IMG/VR virus record: IMGVR_UViG_2526164629_000012
Coordinates: 1 to 22,290 of that record
Strand: one strand, 5' to 3'
DNA length: 22,290 nucleotides
From: a virus
Lineage: Duplodnaviria > Heunggongvirae > Uroviricota > Caudoviricetes
The notes beneath the pieces are model-generated. The model was given only the letters and a program-made list of their open reading frames with translations, was not told where the DNA came from and searched no databases. A program made the translations under genes and the position numbers. Shown in pieces: positions 1-7,954 of this stretch; within the stretch, counting starts at the first letter, position 1; each line of letters starts with the position of its first letter.

Positions 1-171
1 TGATTAATACAGTATTTAATACAGAGCCGTGTTTATTGAGTCGGTATTCAGAGTCTGACCAGAAATTATTAATCTGGTGAAGTTTTTCCTCTGTCATTAC
101 GTCATGGTCGATTTCAATTTCTATTGATGCTTTCCAGTCGTAATCAATGATGATTTTTTGATGTTTGACAT
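1..171 (-). CDS. ea10: Ea10-like early-left protein, N-terminal part; gene runs off the window start; frame is offset by one base across a homopolymer near the start
   Basis: Minus-strand translation of 1-150 is a continuous protein-like frame (IIIDYDWKASIEIEIDHDVMTEEKLHQINNFWSDSEYRLNKHGSVLNTVLI); the only plausible start (ATG, MSNIKK, 169-171) is out of frame by one base across the T6 run at 154-159; position left of ral matches lambda ea10 as recalled. Confidence 0.4.
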
Positions 172-191
172 CTGTTCATATCCTCACAGAT

Positions 192-217
192 AAAAAATCG
201 CCCTCACATTAGAGGGC
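192..217 (-). terminator. Rho-independent terminator candidate downstream of ral on the leftward transcript
   Basis: Inverted repeat GCCCTC(200-205)/GAGGGC(212-217) with a 6-nt loop; on the minus strand it is followed by a run of six T (plus-strand A run 192-197). Confidence 0.45.
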
Positions 218-353
218 AAAGAAGATTTCCAATAATCAGAACAAGTCGGCTCCTGTTTAGTTACGAGCGACATTGCTCCGTGTATTCACTCGTTGGAATG
301 AATACACAGTGCAGTGTTTATTCTGTTGTTTATGCCAAAGATAAAGGCTACCA

Positions 354-554
354 TCAGGCAGCCTTGTTGTTCTGTTTGTCAAGTTCTCTGGCAATCATTG
401 CCGTCGTTCGTATTGCCCATTTATCGACATATTTCCTATCTTCCATTACAGGAAACATTTCTTCAGGCTTAACCATGCATTCCGATTGCAGCTTGCATCC
501 ATTACATCGCTTGAATTGTCCACGCCATTGATTTTTATCAATAGTCGTAGTCAT
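354..554 (-). CDS. ral: Ral restriction-alleviation protein
   Basis: 66-aa ORF MTTTIDKNQWRGQFKRCNGCKLQSECMVKPEEMFPVMED... matches lambda Ral as recalled; correct position and strand relative to sieB and N. Confidence 0.85.
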   Translation of the reverse strand: MTTTIDKNQWRGQFKRCNGCKLQSECMVKPEEMFPVMEDRKYVDKWAIRTTAMIARELDKQNNKAA

Positions 555-624
555 ACGGATAGTCCTGGTATTGTTCCATCACATCCTGAGGATGCTCTTT
601 GAACTCTTCAAATTCTTCTTCCAT
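538..624 (-). CDS. Small acidic ORF (28 aa) overlapping the ral start, lambda orf28-like
   Basis: Minus-strand ATG at 622-624 gives MEEEFEEFKEHPQDVMEQYQDYPYDYDY then stop; below the ORF-track size cutoff; same place as the 28-codon ORF upstream of ral in lambda. Confidence 0.3.
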   Translation of the reverse strand: MEEEFEEFKEHPQDVMEQYQDYPYDYDY

Positions 625-767
625 ATATCACCTTAAATAGTGGATTGCGGTAGTAAAGATTGTGCCTGTCTTTTAACCACATCAGGCTCGGTGGTTCTCA
701 TGTACCCCTACAGCGAGAAATCGGATAAACTCTATTCACCCCTACAGAGAGCAAAAGAGAAACGCCG

Positions 768-1349
768 ATGAACAACTCATGGTGGCAGGAACTAATGCAT
801 TTTTTCCTGCAAGGAATGACACTTAAACAGTTGATTCATATGCTAATCATCCTGATCATATTGATTATTGTTATGCCGGTAAGCGTAAAAGAATGGATAA
901 ACCTGCATAATCCAGAAATCCTTCCTCATTACTGGATGTATTACATCCTGTTGTTTTGCGTTAGCTATGTGCTTAACGGCGTTGTTAATTCCGCTTATCA
1001 CGCTGTGACTGAAAGAATTGAGGTATCCGCTGCTCAGAAGCGCAAATCTAAAGAAGAAAAATATGTGCAAGATTTGTTTGATTCATTAACTCTTGGAGAA
1101 AGAGCGTATTTGGCATTCGCTGTAGCCGCTAATAACCAGCTACAAACGGAAAAGGGAGCTCATGAATCAATTTCATTGCTCAAAAAAGGACTCCTCGTTC
1201 GAAGGCCTCCTGCTGTTGGATATCCTGATACCGACCGTTTCGTTATCCCTGAAAGCTATAGACATGAGTGCTACATTAGGTTTGCCGGGAAGGCAGACAG
1301 CCTTATGGATGAACTTATCGCTCAGGATAAGCATGGCAAAAACAAGTAA
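768..1349 (+). CDS. sieB: Superinfection exclusion protein B
   Basis: 193-aa ORF MNNSWWQELMHFFLQGMTLKQLIHMLIILIILIIVMPVSVKEW... matches lambda SieB as recalled; hydrophobic N-terminal segment; lies between ral and N on the opposite strand. Confidence 0.85.
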   Translation: MNNSWWQELMHFFLQGMTLKQLIHMLIILIILIIVMPVSVKEWINLHNPEILPHYWMYYILLFCVSYVLNGVVNSAYHAVTERIEVSAAQKRKSKEEKYVQDLFDSLTLGERAYLAFAVAANNQLQTEKGAHESISLLKKGLLVRRPPAVGYPDTDRFVIPESYRHECYIRFAGKADSLMDELIAQDKHGKNK

Positions 1350-1365
1350 TTAGCAAATGAATTTA

Positions 1366-1638
1366 TCATCTCGCCGTCAGTTGTTTTGATTTCCGGTAGC
1401 CTGCCGCGTAAAGAGCTACGTTCGGAAGACAAGTTGAACCTTCATATTTTCTGGTCAACGTTGTCAGAGTTATCACTTCTGCTCTCATTGCTGGTTTGCG
1501 CTTGCATTGCAAGACCACTCGTGAAGGGGTTGGCCTGTGTAGCTTGTCGGAGCTGATCGCCTCCTGACTTTGCAGATTTGCGCGACGAGCTCTACGGCGA
1601 GAAGCTGCGGTGCCTTTAAATTCTGTTTTTCTGGACAT
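1366..1638 (-). CDS. N: N-type transcription antiterminator (P22 gp24-like)
   Basis: Internal ATG at 1636-1638 preceded by GGGAGGAA; arginine-rich motif GTAASRRRARRANL near the N-terminus; C-terminus ...VALYAAGYRKSKQLTAR resembles P22 gene 24 protein as recalled; nutL lies upstream. The ORF-track 5' extension to 1710 is rejected. Confidence 0.65.
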   Translation of the reverse strand: MSRKTEFKGTAASRRRARRANLQSQEAISSDKLHRPTPSRVVLQCKRKPAMRAEVITLTTLTRKYEGSTCLPNVALYAAGYRKSKQLTAR

Positions 1639-1736
1639 GGATTCCTCCCGAATAAACTTTGGCGATGCAATCTCGAAGCTCCTCCTGAGACGGTTGCTTC
1701 GGCATTGCATCCCACAGCTTATGTGGTTGGGTGATC

Positions 1737-1784
1737 TGGCTTTTCAGCCACGTAGTCGAGAGTCGACGTTGTTTAAAGAGCCTG
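1737..1784 (-). promoter_or_regulatory. nutL: nutL: boxA plus boxB hairpin
   Basis: Minus strand reads boxA-like GCTCTTTAAACAACG (plus 1768-1782) then boxB hairpin TGGCT-GAAA-AGCCA (plus 1737-1750), upstream of the N start. Confidence 0.5.
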
Positions 1785-1825
1785 CCAGTCTGTTCCATTT
1801 GGCTTCCAGCGTCCTGCTGACGGTT

Positions 1826-1858
1826 AAATAGTACGATATGTACTTTACAAGATCAATA
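1826..1858 (-). promoter_or_regulatory. pL promoter with overlapping OL operator candidate
   Basis: Minus strand: TTGATC (plus 1851-1856), 17-nt spacer TTGTAAAGTACATATCG, TACTAT (plus 1828-1833); the spacer shares the core AAAGTACATAT with the pR spacer; flanking inverted repeat AGTACGATATGTACT. Confidence 0.4.
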
Positions 1859-2045
1859 CAATTTGTTGTAAGTTGGCGTGGTTTTTTATAACGCTTTGTA
1901 TTTAATAGTGTTGTTTTTTAGCGTGGATGTATTGTCTCGGCGATGTAAGGAGAGATCAGAATTGCGTGGTTTAGTGGGTTGCATCTATTTATTTTTCAAT
2001 AAATATAATTGGTTATGTGTTTTTAGGTGGGCGAACGTGAGGCAA

Positions 2046-2069
2046 AGAAAACCCGGCGCTGAGGCCGGG
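2046..2069 (-). terminator. Rho-independent terminator closing the cI-side leftward operon (tImm-like)
   Basis: CCCGGC(2052-2057)/GCCGGG(2064-2069) stem with 6-nt loop; on the minus strand followed by TTTTCTTTGC; directly after the stop of the 250-aa gene at 2075. Confidence 0.55.
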
Positions 2070-2074
2070 TTGTA

Positions 2075-2827
2075 TTATGCTGCAAGTCTCTTAATCCAAG
2101 TCTCTCTTTTGGAGAATGGTAGAACTTGGCTTGATTCATGGAAGAGTAAGGAGAGTTGTTGCATTTGATCACCAATTGCTTCGCTGTCTATAACAACAAA
2201 TCTGTTGTTATACTCCTCACTTGAAGCTTTAAGATCAATTAGTTTCCCAAGCAATGAGTAAGCACTATTCCAGCTTCCTCCGTGTTTCACGCTTGATGTA
2301 AAAACGTATTTAGGTATGTCGGTTTTTATTGTTACAGGGACGGTAATTTGATGTCCACTCAAGCCATATACGTTTTCACGAAGAGAAAGTGCGTCTCTAA
2401 GCTCTGTGTGATATAGATAATCAATAACCATACTTTCAAACTTTTCAGCTTGAACTGGCTGATACCAGTCTAACGACAAAGTTGATGCGAGTATACCAGC
2501 TCTAATTATGTTCGATGTAATCGCACCGACATCCTTTTCTGTTGCCCAAGCAATGATTTCTCCTCGAGCATTGAGTTCTGCGCCTTCTTTAAGCAGTAAT
2601 TGTCGTATCTCATCAAGTCGTTTTTTGGTAAGCGAGATCCCTCTTGCCTCCATATTCATTAAGGCATCGCATCTGTCACTAACTAAATACCTACCATTGA
2701 CTTCACGGATAAAGGCACCGACATGCTCTCCATCATCACAGTAAGTGAATGGACTGATAATTCTCAAGGTCTTGCCTATTGGATGGCATTCGAAACCTAG
2801 TTGTGAGATCACTGTTGAGCACATCAT
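2075..2827 (-). CDS. Hypothetical protein, 250 aa; second gene of a two-gene module in the rexAB position; no family recognised
   Basis: Long ORF in AT-rich DNA; ATG at 2825-2827 overlaps the upstream gene's stop (ATGA), implying translational coupling; terminator immediately downstream. Confidence 0.75.
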   Translation of the reverse strand: MMCSTVISQLGFECHPIGKTLRIISPFTYCDDGEHVGAFIREVNGRYLVSDRCDALMNMEARGISLTKKRLDEIRQLLLKEGAELNARGEIIAWATEKDVGAITSNIIRAGILASTLSLDWYQPVQAEKFESMVIDYLYHTELRDALSLRENVYGLSGHQITVPVTIKTDIPKYVFTSSVKHGGSWNSAYSLLGKLIDLKASSEEYNNRFVVIDSEAIGDQMQQLSLLFHESSQVLPFSKRETWIKRLAA

Positions 2828-3261
2828 ATTCCAAACCCCATTTGCCCCGACTCATCTTCAAGCGGTAAAGGTATTCTCCCAGAGTAAGTTATGTTCAGAT
2901 GTTTACAGAAGTAATTCCAATACCCTACCAGGTCATCTGGGTTTATGTCATCTTCGATTGGAAACGCTATTCTATCACTATAGTATCCAGCTTCTTCATA
3001 GTATACATGGTAGTGAGCACCGTAAATGATATCTTGGTACTTCGGATGATCGACCTTGTAACTATTCGTGTGTTTGTCAAAGTGATAGGTATCTACCGCG
3101 AAAACCCTCTTGTTATGATAGAAAGCAATAATATTTATTTTAGGGTAAGAAATCGGGTCATCAGGTTCTGAATCCTGATCTGGTTTCCATTTCAGTTCAA
3201 ACTTTAGCCCTTGTATAGGTATACAATCCTCATCAAGGGGATGATATGAGCTTGTAGCCAC
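2824..3261 (-). CDS. Hypothetical protein, 145 aa, acidic and Tyr/His-rich; first gene of the two-gene module in the rexAB position
   Basis: ORF in AT-rich DNA on the same strand as cI, 158 nt downstream of it; the only in-frame start is GTG at 3259-3261 with no clear Shine-Dalgarno, so the start is uncertain. Confidence 0.7.
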   Translation of the reverse strand: MATSSYHPLDEDCIPIQGLKFELKWKPDQDSEPDDPISYPKINIIAFYHNKRVFAVDTYHFDKHTNSYKVDHPKYQDIIYGAHYHVYYEEAGYYSDRIAFPIEDDINPDDLVGYWNYFCKHLNITYSGRIPLPLEDESGQMGFGI

Positions 3262-3419
3262 ATATCAGAGCGACTTGGTTTCTGTTTCCATTTAACGCCA
3301 GAAAAGTTAACTATTTTTTTACAATAAAGTACTTTATCAACTTCTACTTGGCTTGGCTGATAATCATCTATTTTTGCCAATGTTTACCGCCCTGTAAATT
3401 GTAGATAAAAGTGGTTTCA

Positions 3420-4079
3420 TCACCCAAACGTCTCTTCAGGCCATTGGCTGGCGATAACTTTCCCCACAACGGAACAACTCTCATTGCATGGGATCATTGG
3501 GTATTGTGGGTTTAGTGGCTGTAGAAACACCTGACCGCTATCCCTGATCAGTTTCTTGAAGGTAAATTCATCACCACCAAGTCTGGCTATGCAGAAATCG
3601 CCGGGCTCAACAGCTTGCTCAGGGTCAACCAGAATTAACATCCCGTCAGGAAAGCTGGGTTTGGAACCTGTTGGTGCGGTCATTGAGTTACCTTCAACCT
3701 CAAGCCAGAATGCAGAGTCACTGGCTTTTTTGGTTGTGCTTACCAATCTCTCCGCATCGCCTTTGGTAAAGGTTCTGAGTTCTGGAGAGAACATCCCAGC
3801 CTGAACATGAGAAAAAACAGGGTACTCATATTGTTTTTTAACTGGGGCCGATGAGTATTCGCCAACAGGTGAAAATGTCCCGTCGTGGTTGAATGATATG
3901 TTATCAATACCAAGGTATTTAAACACCACACCAATATCACTAAGAGATGGATGACGAGATCCGCGCAACCAGTGTCCAATCCCACCCTGCGTCATACCTA
4001 GCTCTTCGGCTAACTTCTCTTGAGTTATGCCGAGCTCTTTCATTCTGGATCTAGCCAGTTCATACCATTTCATTTTCAT
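3420..4079 (-). CDS. cI: CI prophage repressor, LexA-like S24 self-cleaving type
   Basis: C-terminal ~135 aa ([136 protein letters not shown]) matches lambda cI as recalled; N-terminal HTH domain differs from lambda; start placed at the internal ATG (MKMKWYE). Confidence 0.9.
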   Translation of the reverse strand: MKMKWYELARSRMKELGITQEKLAEELGMTQGGIGHWLRGSRHPSLSDIGVVFKYLGIDNISFNHDGTFSPVGEYSSAPVKKQYEYPVFSHVQAGMFSPELRTFTKGDAERLVSTTKKASDSAFWLEVEGNSMTAPTGSKPSFPDGMLILVDPEQAVEPGDFCIARLGGDEFTFKKLIRDSGQVFLQPLNPQYPMIPCNESCSVVGKVIASQWPEETFG

Positions 4080-4099
4080 GTCCTTATTATTACGCTTTG

Positions 4100-4170
4100 T
4101 ACTGGAACCATCCATGCACAATGTGTATTTTTACTTGTATTCTTAAAGTACATATTGTATTTTTATTCGT
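4100..4170. promoter_or_regulatory. OR operator region with divergent pR and pRM
   Basis: pR candidate TTGTAT (4135-4140), 17-nt spacer, TATTTT (4158-4163), then GGAGGG and the cro ATG at 4189; spacer carries AAAGTACATAT (4145-4155); repeated TGTATTTTTA motifs at 4124-4133 and 4156-4165. Confidence 0.45.
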
Positions 4171-4188
4171 GTTTACTATGGAGGGCAT

Positions 4189-4404
4189 ATGAGCAACCTA
4201 CGAAAATATCGAGAGTCACTGAATATCTCTCAAACAACACTTGCTAAGGCAGTTGGATGCACACAGGGAGCTATCGGACATTGGGAATCTGGTCGTCGCT
4301 TCCCAGACCTTAAAACATGCCGTGCTCTTGTTGCATGCCTAAACAAGTTAGGCGCAAAAGTCAGTCTTGATGACGTGTTCCCGCCGGAACATAAAGCCGC
4401 TTAA
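4189..4404 (+). CDS. cro: Cro-like HTH repressor
   Basis: 71-aa ORF with HTH (ISQTTLAKAVGCTQGAIGHWESG), strong SD GGAGGG, divergent from cI across the operator region. Confidence 0.8.
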   Translation: MSNLRKYRESLNISQTTLAKAVGCTQGAIGHWESGRRFPDLKTCRALVACLNKLGAKVSLDDVFPPEHKAA

Positions 4405-4414
4405 TAAGCGGATC

Positions 4415-4460
4415 CGCTCTTTGTAACAACGGACATTCGTCCTACGTCGCTGAAAAGCGA
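4415..4460 (+). promoter_or_regulatory. nutR: nutR: boxA plus boxB hairpin
   Basis: boxA-like CGCTCTTTGTAACAACG (4415-4431) then boxB hairpin TCGCT-GAAAA-GCGA (4447-4460); close match to the nutL elements on the other arm. Confidence 0.5.
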
Positions 4461-4545
4461 GTTCCAAGATATCTGACCAACTAAGGCCATATGCGTTTCC
4501 ACGCATACCTTTCAACTAACTATTCACTATTGGAAATCTTAAGAA

Positions 4546-4842
4546 ATGGAAAGAACAAGTTACAGCAAACTATCACAGCGTGACGTTGATCGCGCAGAAA
4601 CAGATTTACTTATCAATCTGTCAGCTATTACCCAGCGCGGTCTGGCAAAGATGATTGGCTGTCATGAATCGAAGATAAGCAGAACGGACTGGAGATTTAT
4701 TGCTTCGGTCTTGTGTGCTTTCGGAATGGCATCAGACATAAGTCCGATTAGCAGGGCTTTTAAGTATGCGCTTGATGGACTCACCAATAAAAAACGCCCG
4801 GCGGCAACCGAGCGTTCTGAACAAATCCAGATGGAATTCTGA
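4546..4842 (+). CDS. cII: CII transcriptional activator
   Basis: 98-aa ORF; C-terminal LTNKKRPAATERSEQIQMEF matches lambda CII as recalled; N-terminal two-thirds divergent. Confidence 0.8.
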   Translation: MERTSYSKLSQRDVDRAETDLLINLSAITQRGLAKMIGCHESKISRTDWRFIASVLCAFGMASDISPISRAFKYALDGLTNKKRPAATERSEQIQMEF

Positions 4843-4874
4843 GGTCATTACTGGATCAATCCACAGGAGTCATT

Positions 4875-5773
4875 ATGACAAATACAGCAAAAATACTCAA
4901 CTTCTGCAGAGGTAACTTTGCCAAACAGGAGCGTAATGTGGCAGATCTCGATGATGGTTACGCCAGACTATCAAATATGCTGCTTGAGGCTTATTCAGGC
5001 GCAGATCTGACCAAGCGACAATTTAAAGTGCTGCTTGCCATTCTGCGTAAAACCTATGGGTGGAATAAACCAATGGACAGAATCACCGATTCTCAACTTA
5101 GCGAGATTACAAAGTTACCTGTCAAACGGTGCAATGAAGCCAAGTTAGAACTCGTCAGAATGAATATTATCAAGCAGCAAGGCGGCATGTTTGGACCAAA
5201 TAAAAACATCTCAGAATGGTGTATCCCTCAAAACGAGGGAAAATCCCCTAAAACGAGGGATAAAACATCCCTCAAATTGGGGGATTGCTATCCCTCAAAA
5301 CAGGGGGACACAAAAGACACTATTACAAAAGAAAAAGAAAAGATTATTCGTCCGAGAATTCTGGCGAATCCTCTGACCAGCCAGAAAACGATCTTTCTGT
5401 GGTTAAACCGGATGCTGCAATTCAGAGCGGCAGCAAGTGGGGGACAGCAGAAGACCTGACCGCCGCAGAGTGGATGTTTGACATGGTGAAGACTATCGCA
5501 CCATCAGCCAGAAAACCGAATTTTGCTGGGTGGGCTAACGATATCCGCCTGATGCGTGAACGTGACGGACGCAACCATCGCGACATGTGTGTACTGTTCC
5601 GCTGGGCATGCCAGGACAACTTCTGGTCCGGTAACGTGCTTAGCCCGGCCAAACTCCGCGACAAGTGGACCCAGCTCGAAATCAACCGTAACAAGCAACA
5701 GGCAGCCGTGACAGCCAGCAAACCAAAACTCGACCTGACAAACACAGACTGGATTTACGGGGTGGATCTATGA
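4875..5773 (+). pseudogene. O: Replication initiator O, frameshifted as read (possible homopolymer sequencing error)
   Basis: N-terminal 4875-5335 (MTNTAKILNF...KDTITKEK) and C-terminal 5340-5773 (RKDYSSENSGESSDQPENDL...WIYGVDL) both match lambda O as recalled but sit in frames offset by one base; the shift is at the A5 run 5332-5336. Confidence 0.85.
5222..5345. repeat. ori-lambda-type origin: four iterons plus AT-rich region, inside O
   Basis: Four tandem ~20-bp inverted-repeat iterons of the form TCCCTCAAAACGAGGGA (5223-5310), followed by an A-rich tract (5311-5345). Confidence 0.85.
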
Positions 5774-6471
5774 AAAACATCGCCGCACAGATGGTTAACT
5801 TTGACCGTGAGCAGATGCGTCGGATCGCCAACAACATGCCGGAACAGTACGACGAAAAGCCTCAGGTACAGCAGGTAGCGCAGATCATCAACGGTGTGTT
5901 CAGCCAGTTACTGGCAACTTTCCCGGCGAGCCTGGCTAACCGTGACCAGAACGAACTGAACGAAATCCGCCGCCAGTGGGTTCTGGCTTTCCGGGAAAAC
6001 GGGATCACCACAATGGAACAGGTTAACGCAGGAATGCGCGTAGCCCGTCGGCAGAATCGACCATTTCTGCCATCACCCGGGCAGTTTGTTGCATGGTGCC
6101 GGGAAGAAGCATCCGTTATCGCCGGACTGCCAAACGTCAGCGAGCTGGTTGATATGGTTTACGAGTATTGCCGGAAGCGAGGCCTGTATCCGGATGCGGA
6201 GTCTTATCCGTGGAAATCAAACGCGCACTACTGGCTGGTTACCAACCTGTATCAGAACATGCGGGCCAATGCGCTTACTGATGCGGAATTACGCCGTAAG
6301 GCTGCCGATGAACTGACCTGTATGACAGCGCGAATTAACCGTGGTGAGACGATACCTGAACCAGTAAAACAACTTCCTGTCATGGGCGGCAGACCTCTAA
6401 ATCGTGTTCAGGCGCTGGCGAAGATCGCAGAAATTAAAGCTAAGTTCGGACTGAAAGGAGCAAGTGTATGA
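5770..6471 (+). CDS. P: Replication protein P (DnaB helicase loader)
   Basis: 233-aa ORF MKNIAAQMVNFDREQMRRIANNMPEQYDEKPQVQQVAQIINGVF... matches lambda P as recalled; start overlaps the O stop. Confidence 0.92.
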   Translation: MKNIAAQMVNFDREQMRRIANNMPEQYDEKPQVQQVAQIINGVFSQLLATFPASLANRDQNELNEIRRQWVLAFRENGITTMEQVNAGMRVARRQNRPFLPSPGQFVAWCREEASVIAGLPNVSELVDMVYEYCRKRGLYPDAESYPWKSNAHYWLVTNLYQNMRANALTDAELRRKAADELTCMTARINRGETIPEPVKQLPVMGGRPLNRVQALAKIAEIKAKFGLKGASV

Positions 6472-6758
6472 CGGGCAAAGAGGCAATTATTCATTACCTG
6501 GGGACGCATAATAGCTTCTGTGCGCCGGACGTTGCCGCGTTAACAGGCGCAACAGTAACCAGCATAAATCAGGCCGCGGCTAAAATGGCACGGGCAGGTC
6601 TTCTGGTTATCGAAGGTAAGGTCTGGCGAACGGTGTATTACCGGTTTGCTACCAAGGAAGAACGGGAAGGAAAGATGAGCACGAACCTGATTTTTAAGGA
6701 GTGTCGCCAGAGTGCCGCGATGAAACGGGTATTGGCGGTATATGGAGTTAAAAGATGA
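6468..6758 (+). CDS. ren: Ren protein
   Basis: 96-aa ORF MTGKEAIIHYLGTHNSFCAPDVAALTGATVTSINQAAAKMARAGLLV... matches lambda Ren as recalled; start overlaps the P stop. Confidence 0.85.
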   Translation: MTGKEAIIHYLGTHNSFCAPDVAALTGATVTSINQAAAKMARAGLLVIEGKVWRTVYYRFATKEEREGKMSTNLIFKECRQSAAMKRVLAVYGVKR

Positions 6759-6783
6759 CCATCTACATCACTGAGCTAATGAC

Positions 6784-6815
6784 AGGCCTGCTGGTAATCG
6801 CAGGCCTTTTTATTT
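6784..6815 (+). terminator. tR2-like rho-independent terminator between ren and ninB
   Basis: 8-bp stem AGGCCTGC(6784-6791)/GCAGGCCT(6800-6807), 8-nt loop, followed by TTTTTATTT. Confidence 0.7.
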
Positions 6816-6831
6816 GGGGGAGAGGGAAGTC

Positions 6832-7272
6832 ATGAAAAAACTAACCTTTGAAATTCGATCTCCAGCACATCAGCAAAACGCTATTCACGCAGTACAGCAA
6901 ATCCTTCCAGACCCAACCAAACCAATCGTAGTAACCATTCAGGAACGCAACCGCAGCTTAGACCAAAACAGGAAGCTATGGGCCTGCTTAGGTGACGTCT
7001 CTCGTCAGGTTGAATGGCATGGTCGCTGGCTGGATGCAGAAAGCTGGAAGTGTGTGTTTACCGCAGCATTAAAGCAGCAGGATGTTGTTCCTAACCTTGC
7101 CGGGAATGGCTTTGTGGTAATAGGCCAGTCAACCAGCAGGATGCGTGTAAGCGAATTTGCGGAGCTATTAGAGCTTATACAGGCATTCGGTACAGAGCGT
7201 GGCGTTAAGTGGTCAGACGAAGCGCGACTGGCTCTCGAATGGAAAGCGCGATGGGGAGACAGGGCGGCATGA
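6832..7272 (+). CDS. ninB: NinB recombination protein
   Basis: [66 protein letters not shown]... matches lambda NinB as recalled; start at the internal ATG 6832. Confidence 0.9.
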   Translation: MKKLTFEIRSPAHQQNAIHAVQQILPDPTKPIVVTIQERNRSLDQNRKLWACLGDVSRQVEWHGRWLDAESWKCVFTAALKQQDVVPNLAGNGFVVIGQSTSRMRVSEFAELLELIQAFGTERGVKWSDEARLALEWKARWGDRAA

Positions 7273-7451
7273 GACGACAGCGACGAAGTTTCACCGACAT
7301 CATCTGCGAAAACTGCAAATACCTTCCAACGAAACGCTCCAGAAATAAACGCAAGCCAATCCCAAAAGAATCTGACGTAAAAACCTTCAACTACACGGCT
7401 CACCTGTGGGATATCCGGTGGCTAAGTCATTGTGCGAGGAAAACAAGGTGA
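7269..7451 (+). CDS. ninE: NinE
   Basis: [51 protein letters not shown]... matches lambda NinE as recalled; ATGA overlap with the ninB stop. Confidence 0.8.
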   Translation: MRRQRRSFTDIICENCKYLPTKRSRNKRKPIPKESDVKTFNYTAHLWDIRWLSHCARKTR

Positions 7452-7603
7452 TTGACCAAAATCGAAGTTACGAACAAGAAAGCGTCGAGCGGGCTTCAGT
7501 GTACACTGAGTGGATTCTATCTAGGCTTAGTGCATACAGAAGATTGCTGGTAAAGGACATGCCAGGCAAAACGATGAGGACTGATATTTATGAAAACATC
7601 TGA
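7448..7603 (+). CDS. ninF: NinF-like small protein, divergent C-terminus next to the cargo insert
   Basis: GTG start overlapping the ninE stop (GTGA), preceded by AGGAAA; 51 aa; only the motif QESVERA resembles lambda NinF from memory. Confidence 0.4.
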   Translation: MIDQNRSYEQESVERASVYTEWILSRLSAYRRLLVKDMPGKTMRTDIYENI

Positions 7604-7954
7604 TTTTTTACTGTTCTTGCATGCGGTACAGGAGGGGCTTTGACCGGGCATTTTATCGTGAATATTTTCACTTGGTATTTCTTTGGTTTTAGAGATTACT
7701 TCACTCGATGGGTTTTAAATAGTTTTCGTCGGTTTATCGGGTGCAAGCCTGATATGAGAATTTATAAAGATGAAAAGAATTGATTGTTAATGTGTTATGA
7801 GGTTTTTTGTTGTGAGTTTGTAATTTGCTTTTATAGAAATACATTAAGTAAATATAATTAAATATTCAAATTGTATATGTATGCGACATGTTGGTGTTTG
7901 GTCGCATACACTGTTGAATATTTGGCTAATGTTATATCAATGTAGAGTTAAAGT

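Noticed and set aside
280-531. 83-aa plus-strand ORF
   Set aside because: Antisense to, and fully overlapping, the well-supported ral gene
1366-1710. Longer 114-aa N reading frame starting at 1710
   Set aside because: The internal ATG at 1638 has a strong SD and gives an N-terminal arginine-rich motif; the upstream extension would run into nutL
1878-2168. 96-aa plus-strand ORF
   Set aside because: Spans the OL/pL region and the terminator hairpin; no SD; the region is better explained as regulatory
3420-4121. cI extended to 4121 ([14 protein letters not shown]...)
   Set aside because: The extension would overlap the operator/promoter region; internal ATG at 4079 or 4073 is more consistent with cI-type repressors
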